Shown here piece by piece: positions 1 through 13,053 of a DNA stretch of 64,000 nucleotides. The number at the start of each line of letters is the position of its first letter. Positions within the stretch are counted from its first letter, which is position 1. Below the pieces are notes generated by a model. The model did not search any database. It was not told the origin of the DNA and saw nothing but the letters and a program-made list of their open reading frames with translations. The DNA comes from Takakia lepidozioides (Eukaryota; Plantae; Bryophyta), in contig CM060734.1 of assembly GCA_030704615.1 (NCBI GenBank), forward strand, positions 38,874,001 through 38,938,000. The letters are read 5' to 3'. The position numbers and the translations under genes were made by a program.

Positions 1-2855
1 TAGTGCAAGTGGCCCACTCTAGGTAATTTTCCTGGAATTGATAGGCCGCATGTATTTCCACTCTTGTCATATTCTGCGAATCAAATGGATGTTGATGAGC
101 AATAGAAGGCGAAGTATAGAAATAGTTGAAACTTGAAACCATAATAGGCGAATGGAACTCTTTGTGTGTGGACACCATAGAGGCTAATAGGTACAGATGA
201 GGTGTATAGGTATCTACACTTAGGCAAGACAGACGACGACCATCTCCATGGGAACGGAGGAGGCCCCACAACCCTAAACCCACTCCTCATCTCGCATCTT
301 GCATGGGCCGCCATGGCTGGTGGGTCCACGGGCGATGACCTTTTTGAGACCCCCAAGTTTTTGGCAAAAACTATCTTATTTGGACGTCTTTTTCCATTTG
401 TTTCATTCGCCAAGGGCCCATTTGGCAAAGCGGCCAAATGGTGAAAAATCACCAATAAAAAAAAACTGTTGTGGAGGATATAGACCGGGTGAGCTTCAAG
501 GGAATGGTGGGAAGGGTTATGGTGATTACATCATCCCAACTTTGACGGAGTACGTTATATTTGGAGGAGTACACTACACCCAAATATAATGTGCTCCCCA
601 AAATATAAGGTACTTACCCTAAAATTTGTCCAGATAAGTGTGCTCAAACTACAAAGGAAAAAAATGATGAGGTTCTTTACGTATAATTAGGGGAAGACCC
701 CAAGTGGAGGGCGTTCCTGATTTTGAGGGCCTTGAGTGATGGCACTAGCCCCAAGTTAAGGCCCAAAAATCAATGTAAAGATTCTCCCGCCTAAAAATTG
801 GGAAATGGCCCATGCGGGACCTTAGAGGGATTCCCCCTATAAGGTCCAATGTCTAGAAGTTCTACTATGTATCCCAATTCATTTGGGGAGTTTGGGAAGG
901 TCAAAAAACCGAATACGGTGCGAACAACTAATCGCTTGGGGTCTCGGGAGGCTTGGAGAGGAAGAGGAAGGAAGTGGGTCGACTGGACGTGGAAACCTGT
1001 ACTGTTAGGTGATTGGAGTGGCCAATGGGCTCGCAGGTAGGACTGCATGCAACGGGTGTTTTTTTATACGACATGGGGGCATAGAGAGGCGGTGGGGCCA
1101 AGACTATGTGCACAAGACATCTCTATGCCCTCCTTCTACTTCTAGACCTTTCCATAAGCATGATGAGGTGGTGGGCCCCTTTCTAGAAGCCTCCACCACC
1201 TCGGAAGAGTATATAAGGAGGGTAAGGGGTATACAATTTATTTGTGTTTCTTCCGCCTCCCTTTGGTGGACTCTGCAAGCAGGCCCCCTTAGAAAATTAA
1301 ATTTTGGAACCTAAACCATCTTGAAATGAATAAGACTATATGGGGATTTAGGGTACAATTTCTACAAGGGTCCCAAATTCTGGCGGGGGCTATTTCTGAA
1401 GGTCGAAAAAAGGGAGAGGATTGGAGCGGCCAATGGGAAGGAATTTGTCATGGTTTTAATCATGGTTAATTAGAATTACTTCTAGTTAATTATGACACTG
1501 TGATATTTATATTTATATTTTGTGTGTTGGTACTTCATTTGGTCTCATATCCCAAGCGAGGTGTCAAGCCTCATTTGGGACATGGGAATAGGTTTTCCCC
1601 TTGTGAGGGTCGAGGAGGCTCATCTTCTTGTAGTTGAGCTTCTATGAGCCTCTCCCACCTCCATAGCTCTAGGTATTGAGAGGGAGTGTGGTAAAGGCTT
1701 TGTAGGGTGGATTCATTTAGCAAAGGTGCCCTTGGCTTGACTTGGTTTATGTCATTGAGTGGATTCATGAGTGGAGTGTTTCCATTGTTTCGCACGATGC
1801 TTAGGTGGACGACAAATTAGGGCACCGGGTTGGAATGGGACATGGAATGTGAGGCCACTTGTAGAGGCTAGCATAGAAGTAGGAGGATGAGCCCTCTTTT
1901 TAGTTCTAGAGCTTTCTATAAGGAAGATGAGACGGTGGGCCCCACTCTAGAAGGCTCCATCAAGAGACAATAAATGAAGAGGTTGAGGGCGAAGCCTTAC
2001 CAGTGGTAGAGAGAGACACGATGTTACCACATATTCGCAATTGTGGAAGGGTTTCAGTGACTTGCAAATGACAACTCCTCAGAGACAGCTAGAAGACCTA
2101 GCCAGCGTTCTCCAATCCTGGTTAATAACTAGAGAGAATTAAGGTGGTGGATCAGGAAAGGAGGTCATGCCCGACATGCACCAGAAGAGGAGTCTTGCCA
2201 AGTAGTATCATGTTGCTGATACAGTGGAGTGGAACTGTAGTAGAAAGTTGTCAATAAGTTCTAATGATGCGCCATCCTGCTCCCACGTACTGGTGATGCT
2301 ACTGCCAGATCCACTACCAAAACTCTATTTTAACTAATTCAGGACTTTTGTTTGGTCCAGAAATAATACAAGATATATGAATAATTATAATTTATAATAG
2401 AAATAAAGAGATATATCTATAATTATTTGACTATTTGTGCATTATATAACAACAAATTATGTAATCCTCCACACATTCTACGCAAAAATACAAGTATGTA
2501 TTGTGGTCTTAGATGAACATCCACTGCCAAGTTAACGTTCATTAAAAGGAATGGGAGGATGCAATGAATCAAACAATGATGAGAGCTCCAATATCCAAAA
2601 TGACATACAGAAACAAACATGGAATAATGGCAGAACAAAATATGAAACAATGATGGCATGTGATGAAGAGGACAACATGGAAAAACAAGTCTGTCAGGAC
2701 CTGATTGATGATATGGAACATTCATATTTTATTTGAGATTATATCATTCAAGGCGATGGACCAACAAAAAAATGAACGTCAACTGTCCATCCGTTCATGG
2801 ACTTAATGCCATACAAGCCATAGATTCTGAAGCCATAGAACCGTTACGGCTTATA

Positions 2856-3990
2856 CTAACTCATTAATACTATTGAGCCTCCTCCCAAACGGCTCGCAGT
2901 CAAGGCATGTGTCCGAAGACGCCTCCGGTTACCACAGCCACTTGCAACGGTCTCCACTCCAGAGGACACAGAGATACTTTCAGGAAGGTGAAACCGGCTG
3001 ACATTGTCATCTGAAATATTACTGCCAACTCTACTTGATGCCCTTGAAGCCTCCTGGCACGCTCGCCATTTTTCCCAATCACGCAGCTCTTGTTCCTCTT
3101 TTAGAATTCGTTCCTTGAATGTAACTGGGGACAAGCGATGGAAATGACAAATGTTAGGCCCAAAGTAGAAGTTTTGCATATGGATATGTTGAGGTAAGAG
3201 TGCAAATGCAGCTGCAAAAGAATTGGAAAATCAAATTATGAACAAACAAGAAAAGAGTGGGATCCACGTGTCTACCAAGGTAATCAGGTTCCTTTTGTTG
3301 TGGGATCCAAATACGAGGATCAAGATATCTTCCATACCAGGCCCAGCAGGCATGGTCTCGACCAATAGGCTTATGAGAACACTTTGACCGGTTCTCGCTA
3401 ATGTAATCAACGATTGTTGAAGCTCCAGCCATCTCCGATATATATGGCCACACTGCTTTTGTCATATCATCCCGGTCATGCAATCCATTTGGTGAAGGCT
3501 TGAATGAGAAAGGGAAGAATCCAGTATTTTGTGGGTTTCGCACGCCTTTTGATGGCTCATCATCTACAAGAAGTATTTGCCCTTGCGTAGCAAACGGTCT
3601 ACCAGGGTATCTGACAATAACACTTCGAATATCCTTCACGAGATATTTCATCCCGGGCCTGATATAACCGGTGGTATCCTTACAATCCTCAGCAGACCAT
3701 ATGAAGCAAAACTTCTTCGCTATTCTTCGTGGGGACGAAGCTCTCCAACATCCTACAAAGAACACCTCTATCAGCACATGACCAAATGGCCACGTGAAAA
3801 TGCTTCAATGCAAGGTCCAGAAACTCCAAGACTCCAGGCCGAGGCACCACAAACGGTCTGTCAGGAACTTGAAGTGTCACATTCCTGAAACGAAATTTCT
3901 CCTTAAACAGTTCACCGCCGGTTGGGGGTGGCCGGTAGCAGAGGAGTCCGTTGACACTCAAAATTAACAACATCCGTTTTCTCTTCCCCG
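2856..3990 (-). pseudogene. FCP1/NIF-like HAD phosphatase domain, copy 3 (catalytic Asp absent), plus a probable last exon
   Basis: LLILSVNGLLC...VPRPGVLEFLDLALKHFHVAIWSC / FCFIWSAEDC...YLVKDI...ILLVDDEPSKGVRNP. Frameshift near 3730. Confidence 0.8.
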
Positions 3991-5616
3991 CTGTTGCATG
4001 TAAAGGATGAGAGACAAAGTTATCCTGAGCAGGTTAATCACACACTAACATTAGTGTTTCTGCCATGAAAAATACCCACGACCCAGAATGATTGAGTGTA
4101 TGGAAGATTAACATGATTGTGCAGAAAATGGCAAAATACTGCACAATGTTGTGGGCTTGGAATGTTTCAAGAAGAGGGTGAATATTGCTAAGAAGAGGAA
4201 CGTCGACTGTCAAGTGGAGGTTCAGGAAAGTACCTTGTACGGAAAGAAATTGATGAAGGTATCGTGCTGCATCCCTGCCTGTTGAGAAAAGATGAAGTTA
4301 ATTAGTGCATAACCAAATGAATAGAAAAAATAATAAAATTTTGAGAAATGATATCGAATAATACCGATGTCGCCTTATTGGAAAGTCTCGATGGCGGGCT
4401 TGGCATCCCAATGGACGTGTTTTGACGAGACCCCGATATGTCCGAGGTATGCATTTTCTTCCTCGAGTCTGCTTTGTCTCTGACGAAGGACTTCTCTCCA
4501 GTGGAACCGATTTGTAGAAGAGATGGAAATGGTTTGGGGCCCTATTCCGCTTCGTCGGTGCAGAACATTGCGCCAACACTGCAGGGTCGGGAAGCCCAGA
4601 AGTTGCAATTGAAGTTTCGTCTTTATCCTCGTCGAAAGGGTTTCGGAGAAGGGGAACGGAATGGAAATTGTCCCTTGAGCACTCCACATCCTGAATGGAA
4701 TTCACACGTAACAAAGGGATTACCTCGGAACAGATTTCCAATGAAGACGTCGTTTGACAGGAAGGTCACAATCCGCAAATTTTCTGGCCTGGAGTAAAAC
4801 AAGAACATCAGACCCAGTACTAAGGAAAACAAAAGGACGAGTTAGAATTCAGATATAAGTAATTTTACCTGACTCCTTCTGATATGGGCTGTCCAACCTT
4901 CATGCTTGGGAGAGAATGATGGAAGAGAGATAACATTGTGCTGCGGAGCCGCAGCCGCAGCCGCGTCCTCAACGGATGACATTCTCGAGGTAGATTTCAC
5001 ACCATTGACACTTAACACGGAGGGTGAGGATTGTAGAGTGAGGTCCACGAAATCCCCTGCACATTTGTCAAGTTGGCTTCCATCTTCGACATTCAATCCT
5101 AAACAATCCTGCAACAGAACATCATTTTCAGGAATGGACTGAATCGTGCAATTGAAGGGAAGCCAAGTGCCTGGATGATGCTTCACCGTCGATGACAGGA
5201 TTCTCAACAGTAGTGTGAATGTTGTCCCTCTGTAGACGAATTTCTGATATGGAGGATTCCAATGGAGGTCCCGACAAGAAGTTGGCATCAGCAGCATCGC
5301 CATGAACATGTAGAAACGAACTTACAAGGTCAATGTACAGACAAGGAATAACCTCCACTGCACAGTGGAGGTTGTCGGATTTGAAAAAAACCCCGAGACG
5401 AGTTTCGGAGAAGGCCTGTATTTCAGAGGATCGAGATGGTATGGGGTGGAGAAACGCATGAATCAGACCAGGAAATAGCAAACAATTCCATGTCAATTCA
5501 AATTGAAAAGGAAATCACAGCACACAACAGTTTTTCTAGAAAAACAATACAACCTATAAAAAAAAACCAATCAAAAATAAACATTGAATCACAGACGTGG
5601 TTGATCAATAAAATCT

Positions 5617-6347
5617 TTATTTTGAAGCATCATATCGGAGATTCCCGTAATTAGAATCATCAACATAATCCAGGAGAGGCTTAAACTTGGGATCGGTGGA
5701 AACATTCTGACAAGGCTTAAGTCTTATCCTCTTTTCCCTGAGATAACTGGAAACGGTGTGAGATTTCTTCATTTCAAGCAAATATTCTGAAGAACCTTCT
5801 GGAGATAGCAAGAGACCGTCTCAACGGATTCAAACGATTTTAGAATCAGGCAGGATTCAAGCGGGTTCAACACACACTTAATAGCTGAATCGTCAATAAG
5901 TAGAGTGTTACTCAGGTTGTACTGACCACCAAATCTTTGCCAGACCGTCATCAATGGCTTCAAGAACAGACTCGGCGGGTCGTATCCTAATATAAATTGA
6001 GGGTGGACAGAAGTAGGACATAAGATACAATCTTCCTTAGACATAACGAATGTCGGCTGAGGAAGACCCCGAAGCATAAAGTCCAGGATAGGCTGCAAGT
6101 TCTTGTACATCATGCAGCTCCATATACCTAGATGGAAATGTTTGTTCAACTATGTCCACATCTCACGATATTTTTCCCGCCTATAGACAAGTCGAAATCC
6201 AACAAGAGCTGGTATCATGTAGTCTGTCTCGGACATTCGGGGGACACTGTAGCTCTTCTGGTGCTTCAAGACTTTGCACAAAACTCCATTCAGGTCAAAA
6301 ATTATCAAGCGCAATCCTTTTGCAACTGGAGAAACTGGTGCTGCAAT
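5617..6347 (-). pseudogene. FCP1/NIF-like HAD phosphatase domain, copy 2
   Basis: LIIFDLNGVL...LVYRR...HFHLGIWSCMM...FLKPLMTVW...YNLSNTLLIDDSAIKCVLNP. In-frame TAG at 6150 and a later frameshift. Confidence 0.85.
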
Positions 6348-6519
6348 CTGTGAGAAATTCATACATCCACTCAGGTGGTAATCAAGATAAACCAAGGACA
6401 GGATTGACATTGGGAGCAACGTCCACTGGATAGTCGAGGTTCATGAAAATCTAGAGCAGCTATCTACGTTTCAAATTGTTCCAATGAAGCGTTAGGAAAT
6501 TTTTGTTTTCTAAGATAAA

Positions 6520-7263
6520 CCTGCCACTGCAAATCTCATAGCAAGAGACATTTGACCTTTGGGTCATTATACGGTGGACATCCTATGGGTTTTTCCACGT
6601 TGAATATATCAGCGTCTTTTCCGGATAACCGCAACTCTTCCAGGTGCGGTTTGAGTTCATCAAGAAGAAACATGTCCTTGTATGGGTCGACGAGCGTTTT
6701 ATATTTTGGAAGGAAGATACCGAACGACTTTGGGTTCAAGTACTACTTATACATATTTTCTACAGTGTCGATAAGAAATGTGTTTGATTTGTACGCTACA
6801 GGGTCGTCTACAGTGAAAAGGTCGTAGAGACGTTTAAGATATATTGGCGCTTTCGGATATTTGGGCCATTCGGCACTGAACGTCTGTCTATGCTTCACGT
6901 AGTTCTCATTGTTGAATTCCCTGACCTTGTAAAACCTTCTTCCAAACAAAACCAGCCCTATATCCAGGACATTTTCTAACGGTCCAGTGTTCCAAAAGTA
7001 GACCTCAATATGCTTAAGGACCCATTTCAGGAAGTCGTCCCACCATTTCGGACTGCAAGCTTGAATTTTCCAGCGCACACACAAGGATGGGTTGCGGGAG
7101 GGGATCTCGGGCCATCTCGGATGTAAACCTCACCAAGGTAACCGATGTCAAGAACCAGGACGTAGTATCCTGGTCGAGATCCTTTCGGTCCCTCAGAGAG
7201 GCGATACCAATCCTGTGGGTTCACAGATTTGTGATAGTCGATTGGAGGGTGAATCATATCATC
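6520..7263 (-). pseudogene. FCP1/NIF-like HAD phosphatase domain, copy 1 (highly divergent)
   Basis: YVLVLDIGYLG...DFLKWVLKHIEVYFWN...YLKRLYDLF...SNTFLIDT...LNPKSFGIF...FLLDELKPHLEEL. One frameshift and one in-frame stop. Confidence 0.6.
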
Positions 7264-7366
7264 CTGTGGAATAACAGAACAATTTATTTATTTTGAAAAC
7301 TAGAAGAAGGACAAAGAAGAACATAGCTAAGATGGTTATGAGGTGTATACCCGTTTCGAGGAGGGG

Positions 7367-8369
7367 TGTCGCGCGGCTTTTACTCACACATCCCTTCGCT
7401 ATCCGAGGTGGGAACTCCAAGATAGAAGAGTTGGAAATCTCTAAGCACTCAGCCCGCTCAGAACAATCAGTCATGACCTACAGCTAGTGTATCATGGGGG
7501 TGTTTCCTATTTGTACTCCTTCCCGCATTCATGTTAGCGAGTTACCTTACTATCTGCAATTAAGTATCAGTTTGCTTCAGAAATCTATCAAGTTCCATCC
7601 ATTCATTCCACAGCTTCACTCAGGTCTCTCGACACAGTGTGAGTATGAAGTATGTATCAGATTAATATCTATCAAGTATCAGGCTGAAGCCATGGTGTCT
7701 CTATTCTGTTCTACATTACAACTCTACTTCTTGCATTCAGCAAGTATCAATAGATCGTTCTCCTCCTACTCCGTACTCTCCCTCTTTCTGCTCAGAGATG
7801 CGCTCTCCGCTTCATTTCCAAGTAGTCCTCTCCCCCCCCCCCCGAAGTCCTTCTAGAAGTCATCCCCCAGAAGTCCTCGTTCTTGACTTTTTCCCCCTAC
7901 AAGCTGTTCTAACCGCTTTCCTAACTAACCGTCATCCCTGTATTACACGTTCCTTTTGCAAATGTCGTTCATTCACAGTCGTTCCCTGCCATTGATAACT
8001 GTTCCCCAGCTGTGCGAAGCTGTGACTAGCTGTGTAAGGCTGTGGCGGACTGTGACTGGCTGTGTCGGGCTGTGTAGGGCTATGCGAAGTTGTGGCGGCT
8101 ATGTCGAGCTGTGACGGGCTATGTCGGGCTGTGATTGGCTGTGACGACGGTGTCGGCTATGATTGGCTGTGGCGGCTGTGTCAGTTGTGTCGGACTGTGA
8201 CGGGCTGTGACGGACTGTGTTGGCTGTGACGGGCTGTGTAAACCCCCCCCCCCTCCCTAAAGTGCGCTGCTGTCACCCCTAAGGCTCCTGTTGGTCTCAG
8301 TCTGTGCAAAAATTAAGGGTACCCCACAGATCCCGTAAAAGTGTCTAAGTCCCAAGCAGCCTTCTAACA
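7367..8369 (-). repeat. 3' LTR (1003 bp)
   Basis: Direct repeat of 19798-20763. About 23 substitutions by manual count, plus indels in the GCTGTG repeat tract and C runs. Adjacent to the PPT. Confidence 0.96.
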
Positions 8370-8373
8370 TTTA

Positions 8374-8387
8374 CCCCTCCCCCTCTC
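8374..8387 (-). other. Polypurine tract
   Basis: GAGAGGGGGAGGGG on the minus strand, 4 nt before the 3' LTR. Confidence 0.9.
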
Positions 8388-8408
8388 AAAAAGTGGTGTC
8401 CTCACGGT

Positions 8409-11400
8409 TTACTGTTTGGGATTAGCAAACCTTTGTGAGCGAGCACCCTTCTGACGTTGAGAGTCTCGTGAAGGACTCTGTGTGCAAGCCCGAGGTCTGT
8501 CACTAGTTGACGGAGATGATTGAACACTACCTAGATATGTCAGGCCCTCTGGAGGCTGATATCGAGGTAATCTTTCAAGCATAGGAGACCCCCGTCGCTT
8601 CTTCTCTGCCATCTGAATTGCATAGTCCTCTGCCATGTCAAAAGAGTCCGCTGAAGAAACAGTTGTATCAGAATCCTCATCGCCTCTCAGGTGTTTTAAT
8701 GGCCGAACTTTTTGTGGAATCCTCTGGGGCATACAATGTTGTCACACCATGTCTGGAAGTTTAAACTGCAAAACTTGCTGTAAACGCTGAATGGCGAAAT
8801 TGGTGAAGACCCTGAGCTCCTTGTCTGTCTAGGTGAGTGGGATACCAATGACTTGTGAATTGTGCAAGTATTTCCATGCCTCATGTCCCTTAAAGAAAAT
8901 ATCGTCAGGGCCGAATTTCTGTGTTGACAAATTGTTCCAGGGCGCATGAAACCATGAACGAATCTGAGAATCCTTTTTCATCATAACTTTTGCCTCATAT
9001 AGGTACATATGAGGTGGCACTGAAGGTAAGACCCAATGATCCCCACTGGAATAACTCAGAAAGCGCGATTGCATCTTCTGCTGCTCAATGTGATAACGTG
9101 CCAGAAAACAAGCAGCGTAGTATAACCCGCAGCCCATTACAATACTTGCTACCTCCTTGGTCTTGGTATAAATGAATCCATGTACAACTTGGAAGGCAAT
9201 TAATTCCTTCAACATGGTACTTGTCTCATGCCAGTACTGCGCAAAGTGATGATCCTCAATTGGTCGATTGTTCGGAAGAACTTTAGTCATAGTTGTCACT
9301 GGCAGCCAAATGCGCATGATTTGATAGTAATGTGCCAACGACTGCGGAGGACTAAATTTCTTCCAAGCCAAATCCAACACAATGGGAATTTGGTTGAAGG
9401 GCATAATCATAGCCCGACTGTACTCCCGTGCAGCAGGAGTTTTAGGTGGGTTAAAAGCAGCGTTCCCCCATACCTCAGGCTGTGGTGACTGTGGTGTGGT
9501 TGTAGTAACAACAGGGTCAGCTACTGGCACAATGACTTGTTGTGGTGTTGGTGGCACTAGCTCTTGTACCATTGGCATCTCCTGCACCCCCTGCGAAGAA
9601 GACTGAAAAGCCAAAGTTCTGGCTTGTAAATAAGAAGCCATCAGTTGCTCCTCAGGTACAAAGACTCTCTTGTCAATATTTGATGTCAGGTCCTCTACCT
9701 GAGTCTGCAGGCCGTCTACATCCTCTTGTAGCTCCGCTGTCCTACTATAGACATTGTCTATAGTATTTGTGGCAATGTTCTGTACTTGCAGTCTGAGCTC
9801 ATTCATCTCGCTTTGGGTGAGCTTTCGTGGTGCTTTGCCCTCCACCGGTCCTTGTGCTAACCAGACCTACATAAGGTGGTTATCCACCAAGTTGCTTGTG
9901 GCACCCCTGAGAGTCTGCTCCTCTGTGAGCCTGTACACATCTATCTGCTGCTGTAAAGCCTCCATGCGCTTCGCATGAGGTTCAACCAAATTCGCATATG
10001 CAGCAGCCAGATTATTGGCTTCCTTCCAAGCCTTGTTAGCCACAGAGAGTTCATTTCTATTGGACATGAGCGTTTGTTGCAATTCCAGGATGTACCTCTC
10101 TTGGTCAGCTTCAACCTGTCTGTATTGCTTGAAGGTATTCTCATTGCGACAGATTGTATTCTTCATATCGACAATGAGTTTCGTTTGCTCGACATTGTCT
10201 GCCTCTGCCTTCGTACATCTTTCCGCTTGACTGTTAACTTCTAATGTAGTGTGCTCAAGCGTAGTTGTGTGTGTAGCACATTGTATGGCCATCCTGTCAT
10301 GCACTGTCTGCAACTCCATATGTAGTGCATTCACTTCTTGCAACTTGCTTTCATGCTTCACCTGCATTTGGTATAGCTGTTGCTTATGTGCTTCGTGCAA
10401 CTGGTCTTGCGCGAGGCCTGCCTCAATCAATTGTTCCTTGGCCAATTGCAAAGCAGCTTTTGTACTCTCTAAGTCTTGCTGTATCTTGAGAGTGATCTCC
10501 TCATCGACCTTGTTTGCACACTCAGTGGCAAGTCAAGCCTCAAACTCCTTCCTGAGTTCCTCTCTCAAAGCTGCCAATTGGGTAGTTGGAACATGGGATT
10601 TGACATAAGTGCCCAACAAATTAAGTGTCCTGCTTATGGAACTCATAAGCATGGCCTGTTGAGGGTCATCATGGTGAGCTTGCTGCTGTTCTCCCTGATC
10701 CTCAACAGTGTGATGCCTCACGAACCATTCAGGCCATTGCCCCACCAGATTTTCTTCCTGAACCACTTCATCCGTCACAGGTGTTGCAGTGTCTTGACAT
10801 TCTACCTGTGGTACCTCCATCACAGGTGTGTGTATTATATGCATAGCAGGGTTTCCCCTGGACAACCGCTGCACCTCTGCAATCATTGTTTCCCTGACCA
10901 AACCAGAATTTTCATAGAGAAGGTCCCCCTTCTCAATTTCTGCCACCACCTGTTCTGTAGTGGGGATATCTAACCCTTCTTTCTCCAAATCAATTATTTG
11001 TGGTGGAACTGCATGGACAACTTGTGGTAACTTTGTGACAAGCTGATCATCTGGCTGTAATGGCTGTGATACTGAAGTAACTTCCTCTTCCCTCTCTGAA
11101 GACCCTGCTTCCAATAATAGCAGCTCTCTGTGCTGCTGAGAGCTTGGGAAACATTATCATGCGGTTTCCGTGAAGCCAGTGGATCCGCCACTACAGTCTT
11201 TCCCCGCCTATGTCTCTTAGACTGGGGTTGCCCTGCCAGTCCACCCTCACTGTGTGAAGAGCCTTGCTCTTCCATTGCAGTGGTTTCGGTCTCAAACACT
11301 CTCATCTCCTTTCTTTCCCGAGCATCAAGTATGCAAGAATCAAGAATTATTTGCGCAATGATTGGGCCAGACACTATGATAGGAGACTTTGCGGCAGTGC

Positions 11401-11950
11401 CCTGTAATCTTTTCATCTCCTCTACCAGTGCGTTGTACATTATGTCCGCCCATGCTACCTCTTCTCTTCTCAGGGCTTTGAGTATTTCCTCTGTGAAGGA
11501 TCTGCTCAAATACTATTGGTTCTGTTTCATGGCAAACAGAACGTTCAATACCTGGCCTACCTCCCTTAGCCCTGGGTACACGGCCTTGGTACAAGCATAA
11601 CCCTGAGTTTTAAAGAAATTCCCTTCTTGGAATAAGTCCCCTATTTGCAGTCTTGCCCTGTGCTCCTCCACATGCACCTGACCTGATGGCAATTCAAACA
11701 ATTGTTGTAGGTATAGGGGAGTAATTTCTAATTCAACTCCCTTCACCGTTGTTGCTCCTGTCCTAGGCTCAAAGTTCTGCAAGAATTGTAACATGTACTG
11801 CCTATGGTGCAATGTCCAATCTTTGCTTTGCAATCCTTCTAATCGCAGCTCCTTCAGTAACTGTACCGCCTGTGGAGGAGCAATCGTTTGTTTCTGCAGG
11901 ATTGTGGTGCTCTTCACCCTGATTTCTTCCATTCCTCTCACTCTCTTCAT
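8409..11950 (-). pseudogene. Large extra ORF downstream of integrase (~1180 codons): plant-transposon/Athila-type N-terminal domain, coiled coil, unknown C-terminal domain
   Basis: ORF pieces 11513-11950, 10994-11509, 10533-11114, 9867-10451, 8829-9845 and 8409-8732 join by read-through of TAG/TGA codons and two frameshifts. QFLQNF...TVKGVELEITPLYLQQLFELP and VAWADIM resemble Transposase_32-type Athila ORFs. Q/E/L-rich heptad middle. Confidence 0.7.
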
Positions 11951-12655
11951 TCTAGACCCACAGAAAGGTTTTGGCTGTAACAATTGAAGAAATGCCTGCA
12001 GGGCACAAAGCATAAACGTATGGTTGCCACAAAATGCTATGGGTAATTTCTTGTAAGCCTGCGGGGCTTGCAAGCATCGATCAAGAGAAAAGATACTCTC
12101 TGTTTTTCTATCCCCGTGCCACTGCGTAAATAGTATAGCGAGCGTATAGTCTGTTAGTTCCTCCATAGCTTCAAAGCTATAGCATTGATGGTCTGTCCCG
12201 TCGTGACGCCCGTTACTTGGAACGACGCCGACTTTTGCGCTTAAAATTCCTCCATTTTCTTGATTCTGCTTCTGGCTTTTGATTGGCTGTAACTGATGTG
12301 ACTGGATTTTAGATTTCATTTCCTTCCATGGATTTTCCACTCTGGACTGTCCACTAGGATAGCACATGTGACATGGATTTCGCTTTTCGGTACTTTTTAA
12401 GGGTTCTGTTACCATTTCCCCGTATGCATTAATGGCCCCATAATAAGTTAATGTGCCGGGTAGGTATTTTGACGGCCAATTTTGTCTTTTTCCTTGATGA
12501 CAGTCGCCCTTGCAATCCATGTCCGGCTGTGTGTCTCGCCCTGGCGTCCACGTGTCCATTTCTATACGTGCCTTTGTCCACTTTTCCGCTGGCCACTCTC
12601 CGGATGTTAACCCACGTCCACCTGTCACTGATCCAATGGATTATGTAACCCTAGT

Positions 12656-13053
12656 AGGCTGTGTTGTGCTGTGACAGGCTGTGTCATACTGTGGTACTCT
12701 GTGATAGGCTGTGTGGCATTGTGGTAAGCTGTGATAGGCTGTGACACGCTGTGATGGGCTGTGATAGGCTGTGTCACGTTGTGATGGGCTGTGATAGGCT
12801 GTATCATGCCGTGATGGGCTGTGATAGGCTGTGTTGCGCCGTGCTGGGCTGTGATAGGTTGTGTCGCGCCGTGCTGGGCTGTGATATGTTGTGTCGCGCC
12901 ATGCTGGGCTGTGATAGGCTGTGTCGCGCCATGCGCGTGCTGGGCTGTGACATGCTGTGTCGCGCCGTGCTGGGCTGTGATAGGCTGTGTTGCGTCGTGC
13001 TGGGCTGTGATACGCTGTGTCGCGCCGTGCTGGGTTGTGATAGGCTATGTCAC
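12656..13053. repeat. Tandem array of ~13 x 30-bp units built from 10-bp GGCTGTG subunits
   Basis: Unit GTGCTGGGCTGTGATAGGCTGTGTCGCGCC, repeated between the integrase and the extra ORF. Confidence 0.92.

Noticed and set aside
1-5. TAGTG as a CACTA 3' terminus
   Set aside because: It lies at the window edge, with no TIR partner or TSD visible, and a 5-mer is expected by chance.
7494-7856. 120-aa ORF and its 166-aa twin at 19925-20425
   Set aside because: Both lie wholly within the LTRs, antisense to the element, and differ by a frameshift.
11951-12628. N-terminal ~225 aa of the 371-aa ORF
   Set aside because: Non-ATG start and no protein-like motifs. The recognisable domain begins at the ATG at 11950.
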